Shown here: one piece after another, positions 57,159-61,427 of the stretch
How positions within the stretch are numbered: the first letter of the stretch is position 1
Layout: each line of letters starts with the position of its first letter
NCBI GenBank assembly: GCA_964354085.1
Contig: CAYGYA010000065.1
Coordinates: 1-61,427, forward strand
DNA length: 61,427 bases
Source of the DNA: an uncultured Methanosarcinales archaeon
GTDB lineage: Archaea > Nanobdellota > Nanobdellia > Woesearchaeales > SM23-78
Reading direction: 5' to 3'
Made by a program: the position numbers and the translations under genes
Notes under the pieces: generated by a model
Seen by the model: only the letters and a program-made list of their open reading frames with translations
Database searches by the model: none
Told to the model about the DNA's origin: nothing

Positions 57159-58220
57159 TTAATCAAAATCATCCAGCTTGAAAGATAAATTCTTGCTTAT
57201 GTCTTTCTTGAGCTTTCTTCCAAGGATGTAGTCTGTCTGGTCAGGAAACATGCCTTCATTTGCCCTTTTATATGCAATATCCTCTTGCTTGAGCACGCTT
57301 GCTTTTTTCAAATCCTTGCTTGCAACAATCCTTTTCTTGCTGATGTTCCTGTATTTGAGCTCATCTTCAGAGAAAATACGCATGGATGCTTTTCCAAAGG
57401 TTTTTTCTGCTTCCCTGACATAACTTACGAATTTCTTGAAGTCATCTGGGTTGAGAGCAGACTCAAAATCTTCGCATTTCTTGCTTCTGTCATGAGTAAT
57501 ATGTTTCTCTAAAAAGGTAGCGCCGTAAGGCAAAGACAGCAAAGGGATAATTAAGGCTAGCTCTGAGCCACCATCAGTGTGGTCACCAAAGCCGACTTCG
57601 AGGCCAAACAACTCCTGCAGCGTCGGTATGAACCTGAGATTGACATCTTCAAGCTTGGTCGGATAGTTCTGATAGCCATGCAATAGCATTATATCATTAT
57701 TGCCTTCTTCTTTTATCCAACCAATTGTCTTTTCCAGCTCTCCCAGGAAAGTCCCACCGATTTTCAAGGTTACTGGCTTCTTGGTCTTAGCTATGATTTT
57801 GACCAGGTTCTTCTCAGACAGGGAAGAAGAATGTATTTGATATATGTCAACACCTAACTTAATCGCCAGCTTGGCACTGAACAGGTCATTGCAGGTTGCG
57901 CTAATCAAGAGCTTTTTCTTCCTTGCATGCTCAAACAATTCCTTCCATTCTTTTTCTCCGAAACAGAATATTTTCTTCAGGTAATTGTATATATCGCTCT
58001 CGTCTTTGCCAGCAGACACTCCGCCTGCGCTGTAGCTAGGGACCATGTAATCTTCAAGATTGGTCATCTGGAAGTTAATAGCATTAGCATCTGCCTGGCT
58101 GGCAGCATCAATTATCTTTTTAGCGATTTCAATTGAGCCATCATGGGTGCAGGCCATTTCTGCAACAATAAAAACAGGTTGGTCCTTCCCAATGCTTTTT
58201 TTATTTATTCTTATAGCCAT
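57159..58220 (-). CDS. Second nonulosonic acid synthase paralogue (NeuB/SpsE family) with SAF domain
   Basis: FIVAEMACTHDGSIEIAKKIIDAASQADANAINFQ. C-terminal SAF-like ASKDLKKASVLKQEDIAYKR. Confidence 0.8.
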   Translation of the reverse strand: MAIRINKKSIGKDQPVFIVAEMACTHDGSIEIAKKIIDAASQADANAINFQMTNLEDYMVPSYSAGGVSAGKDESDIYNYLKKIFCFGEKEWKELFEHARKKKLLISATCNDLFSAKLAIKLGVDIYQIHSSSLSEKNLVKIIAKTKKPVTLKIGGTFLGELEKTIGWIKEEGNNDIMLLHGYQNYPTKLEDVNLRFIPTLQELFGLEVGFGDHTDGGSELALIIPLLSLPYGATFLEKHITHDRSKKCEDFESALNPDDFKKFVSYVREAEKTFGKASMRIFSEDELKYRNISKKRIVASKDLKKASVLKQEDIAYKRANEGMFPDQTDYILGRKLKKDISKNLSFKLDDFD

Positions 58221-58244
58221 TTATATCATCCCGCGCTCTTATTT

Positions 58245-59381
58245 TCATTCTTCCCATATGGGGTTCTTGATTTTCCATTCGCAATTTACTCTTTCCCATA
58301 TGTCCTTGTTTCTGAATTTCTCAAGCACTCCCATGAATTCCTCTTCTGACATTTCAAGCCAGTCCATGCATTCCCTGAGGTATCTGTATGGGAATTCATA
58401 GAACACTTCTTTTATTTTCTTAACTGATTCTTTCCTTGTCAAGTGCCCCATCCTGATAAGAGGAGCTGCTTCTTTTTGTGCTCTGCTGATGCCGAACTTG
58501 AGAAGCATCAGATACTGATAAAAGGTGTCCATCTTGTCGTCCAGGCTGTGATAATTCATCCAGCTTCCTTCAAACCGGTAATCATGCTCATGCCATCCGA
58601 GCTTCTCTTTGCAGAAAACATAATTCTGATAAGGGTCCCATAAATGATAGAAGCCGAAATACACTGCTTTCATATCAGCCTCATCCAATTCTTCTTGAGT
58701 CGGGTAAATGTATGCTTTCAGGTCAGAAAGCTTCACAGAGCCGTCTTCAAACAGCCCAGGCCAATTCTCTGGAAGCTTGACATCCTTGACACTTCCTGTC
58801 TTAGCCAGCTCATTCACGCTCTGGACACTCATCTGCCCAATCTCTGGCCCGCCGTATTCACAAGGAGGCTCTCCATAGATAACCAGCTTTATGTTGAATG
58901 CCATTGCAATCTTTATAGGAATTGAATGAACTGCCCTGCTCCATGGAAGATATGGGTCTCCGTATAAAATGAAAAACTTTTTCAAGAGCTTTTTGTCAAC
59001 AGTAGTGTTAGGTGTGAACATGATATGGTCAGCGCCTATCTTTGTCCTGAATATCTCAAAATTTTTTCTGCCAGCATCAGTGTACATTTCAGTTGCGACA
59101 GGATAAGTTACCAGCAAGGGATTCATTTTGTATTCATGCTTTAGCCTATAAGCCACATATATGCTGTCTTTTCCGCCGCTGCCAGGCACAACGCAATCGT
59201 ATTTCAAAGGGTTGTTTGACCTCACTGCGTCCAGCATCTTCTCAAATTCTTTTTTTCTTGCTTTCCAGTCTATGCCTTTTTTCTTTTTTTCAGCATACCT
59301 GCAGGCGTTGCACACCCCTTCTTTGTCCAATACCACTCTTGGCCTAGTGTCTGGAGTAACACACCTTGTGCAATGTTTCAT
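58245..59381 (-). CDS. Second N-acetyl sugar amidotransferase paralogue (PP-loop)
   Basis: CTRCVTPDTRPRVVLDKEGVCNAC and VPGSGGKDS. Confidence 0.8.
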   Translation of the reverse strand: MKHCTRCVTPDTRPRVVLDKEGVCNACRYAEKKKKGIDWKARKKEFEKMLDAVRSNNPLKYDCVVPGSGGKDSIYVAYRLKHEYKMNPLLVTYPVATEMYTDAGRKNFEIFRTKIGADHIMFTPNTTVDKKLLKKFFILYGDPYLPWSRAVHSIPIKIAMAFNIKLVIYGEPPCEYGGPEIGQMSVQSVNELAKTGSVKDVKLPENWPGLFEDGSVKLSDLKAYIYPTQEELDEADMKAVYFGFYHLWDPYQNYVFCKEKLGWHEHDYRFEGSWMNYHSLDDKMDTFYQYLMLLKFGISRAQKEAAPLIRMGHLTRKESVKKIKEVFYEFPYRYLRECMDWLEMSEEEFMGVLEKFRNKDIWERVNCEWKIKNPIWEE

Positions 59382-59442
59382 TTAGTCACCTTCTCATTTT
59401 CATTTATCAATTTTCATCATTTCAATTAATTTTAATTTAATC

Positions 59443-60000
59443 TCAATTTGTTAGTTGGTTGTATTCATCTACTGTTAACCCGAGCCAGAGATTGTTCACG
59501 TACTTGTTCGTTTTTGTATCGAACCACATCTCCTTCTGCTCTCCTTCAAGCTTGAAGCCTACGCTAGTGTAGCACTTTACAGCGCCAGCATTTTCTTTCA
59601 CGACATTGATGCACATCTTCCTTAGGTTTAGCTTGGTAAAGGCATAGTTAACAAGTAGTTGAAGTGCTTCCTTGCATATGCCTTTGCCCCAATAATCTCT
59701 ATCCCCAATAAGAATGCCGAACTCACACCGCCTGTTTCTCCAATCTATCTTATATAGCTGGGTGTTGCCGATGTGCTTGTCTGTCTCCTTGTCTATGATT
59801 GCGAAATAGGCAGCATTCTTGTCTGCGCTCGCAGACTCATAGAATTGTCTTAGCATCTTCTTGGTCTGCGGGAATAAGCCTGTGGTCATATAGCCAGTCA
59901 CTTCAGGGTCATTGAGCCAGCTAAGATAATTCCCTTCTAAATCCTCTTCTTCCAGTGCACGAAGATATATTTGTTTTCCAATTAGAAATGCGTTTTTCAT
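59443..60000 (-). CDS. GNAT-family N-acetyltransferase (RimJ/RimL-like)
   Basis: 185 aa with the GNAT core pattern ...IGDRDYWGKGICKEALQLLVNYAF.... Confidence 0.7.
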   Translation of the reverse strand: MKNAFLIGKQIYLRALEEEDLEGNYLSWLNDPEVTGYMTTGLFPQTKKMLRQFYESASADKNAAYFAIIDKETDKHIGNTQLYKIDWRNRRCEFGILIGDRDYWGKGICKEALQLLVNYAFTKLNLRKMCINVVKENAGAVKCYTSVGFKLEGEQKEMWFDTKTNKYVNNLWLGLTVDEYNQLTN

Positions 60001-60036
60001 TTTATTTAGCTCCTTTTTTTATTTTTTCTTTTCTTT

Positions 60037-60966
60037 TTACTTGAGTTTCTTCTCTATCTCATGCTTTCTCATGCCGCAGTACCTGCAGCAAAGCATCCTG
60101 TGTGATTCCCCTTTCTTGTGTAGCTCCCTGAAGCCCTTGAGAAGCGGGCTGTTCCACATCTCAGCAACAGGCTTGTCATTGTAGTTGCCAAGCTTCATGC
60201 GGTTGTAATGGTCTCCGCAGCAGAGTATGTACTCGCCGTCGTACATTATAAGCAGTCGCTGCCAGAGCTGTGCGCAGGCAAAATCATTGTCAACTGTGCA
60301 TTGCTCTTGTTTTATGTTCCAGTCAAGCAGGTCTTCCATTGCTACATGGTCAGCAATTGCGCCCCAGAATTTTAAGTAGCCTTCAACCTGAGAATGAGTT
60401 TCAGGCGAATCAATCATCTGAACCCTGACAATCGGCTTGCTGGAATTCATCTCTTTTTTTAATTCCTGAAGCCTTTTTATGTTCTTGACAGCTGTCTCAA
60501 ACTTTGCTCCGCGCCTTATTTTCTCATAGGTTTCCTTGGTATAGCCGTCAATAGAGAAAATTATCTTATCAAGCCCTGCTTCAATGAGCTGGCGGGCCTT
60601 TTTTTCTGTAAGAAGCATACCGTTGGTGTTAAACATCACATCCAGGATGCCTTTGTCTTTCGCATACTTTATCATTTCTGGCAGTCCGGGATGTAAGAGC
60701 GGCTCTCCCCTGTAAGTAAGCTTTATAGAGCAAAGCCCATGTGCAGCACCCTCATCAATTATTCTCTTGTAAAGCGCAAGATCAATAAACCCTTTTGGAG
60801 GTGGGTTAAATGACTGGAAGCACATAGGGCATTTAAGATTGCAGCCAGAAGCAGGTTCAATATCAAGGTGGATTGGGAACTCTCCTGCTATGAAGTTTTT
60901 AGGATTTTCCTCCCATTTTCTCCTATACTCATTATATGCTGGGCTTTCATCATCCTGTTTCTTCAC
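60037..60966 (-). CDS. Radical SAM enzyme with C-terminal SPASM-like Cys cluster
   Basis: CNLKCPMC (CxxxCxxC). C-terminal CCGDHYN...CCRYCG. Confidence 0.75.
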   Translation of the reverse strand: MKKQDDESPAYNEYRRKWEENPKNFIAGEFPIHLDIEPASGCNLKCPMCFQSFNPPPKGFIDLALYKRIIDEGAAHGLCSIKLTYRGEPLLHPGLPEMIKYAKDKGILDVMFNTNGMLLTEKKARQLIEAGLDKIIFSIDGYTKETYEKIRRGAKFETAVKNIKRLQELKKEMNSSKPIVRVQMIDSPETHSQVEGYLKFWGAIADHVAMEDLLDWNIKQEQCTVDNDFACAQLWQRLLIMYDGEYILCCGDHYNRMKLGNYNDKPVAEMWNSPLLKGFRELHKKGESHRMLCCRYCGMRKHEIEKKLK

Positions 60967-61148
60967 AATTAACCTGAACGATGCATTAGGATCAATATTG
61001 CGAGAATTGCGATTATTGCTTTCTTTCTTTCCAACTTTTTTCTTGATTGTCTTTTTTACGATTTTTTTCCCTCCACAACTCCTCTTATTGACTATTTTTT
61101 GTTTTATAAGCTTTATGATATTCCAATCTAGGTTTATCTATCATTCCA

Positions 61149-61427
61149 TTATTGTTTTTTTGCTCCTGTTGCCTGCAATGCCTGCTTTATTTCTGCTACA
61201 GCTCTCTTGCTTGCTGTTCCATAATCAGGGAAGAGATATTTGCTTATGAATCTTTGTCTTTGCTCTGGATCCATATCTTTGCCCTCCAAGAGGCTCTTTC
61301 TTATATTGCTATCAAGCTCTTCATAATTCTCACAGTGCTTTATCAGGTTCTCTTTTATATACGGATTCCTTTGTTCAAGATTAGGGGTGAAATCAAGGAG
61401 AACTACTCTCTTGTTCAATAGGATGCA
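61149..61427 (-). CDS. 3' end of a gene running off the window (possibly a glycerophosphotransferase-like C-terminus)
   Basis: The minus-strand ORF is open to the window edge. Tail ...YLFPDYGTASKRAVAEI resembles the C-terminus of TagF-like enzymes, from recall only. Confidence 0.3.
   Translation of the reverse strand, partial: CILLNKRVVLLDFTPNLEQRNPYIKENLIKHCENYEELDSNIRKSLLEGKDMDPEQRQRFISKYLFPDYGTASKRAVAEIKQALQATGAKKQ

Noticed and set aside
60839-61249. 136-aa plus-strand ORF
   Set aside because: It is antisense to the radical SAM gene 5' end and then runs through T-rich intergenic sequence. The translation is low-complexity and Phe/Leu-rich.

Overview
AT-rich, gene-dense archaeal window. 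Archaeal markers are PCNA, class III signal-peptide pilins, a FlaI/TadB/TadC-type pilus motor, TATA-like promoters and an isolated 5S rRNA. The small-genome style suggests a DPANN-type (Woese-/Pace-/Nanoarchaeota-like) cell, but that is inference only. All calls come from reading motifs by eye; no searches were run.

Layout:
(1) 81-369: an aberrant tRNA-Leu(CAA)-like gene followed by three tandem 53-nt hairpin units.
(2) 466-8452: three secreted or anchored proteins forming a cohesin/dockerin set. One is a 1579-aa cysteine-repeat giant.
(3) 8.5-22 kb: housekeeping genes (RNase J, PCNA, DsbB-like, MFS, nrdR-nrdJ-cobO).
(4) 22.1-34.5 kb, minus strand: a 12.4-kb type IV pilus operon. It holds the ATPase, two T2SS-F membrane proteins, a Cys-less thiolase-fold protein, five or six pilin-like proteins and a 1293-aa vWA/cysteine-repeat putative adhesin.
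(5) 34.7-42.4 kb: housekeeping genes, a RelE-like TA pair, the 5S rRNA and a GC-rich candidate ncRNA.
(6) 42.4-61.4 kb: a surface-glycan locus, mostly a roughly 16-kb minus-strand nonulosonic-acid cluster with duplicated synthase and amidotransferase genes.

The best candidate for something new is the combined cell-surface toolkit: the cohesin-dockerin cassette, giant disulfide-rich proteins, a pilus with a giant vWA protein, a DsbB-like oxidase and a sialic-acid-like glycan cluster. The tRNA-linked covarying hairpin array is the second candidate.
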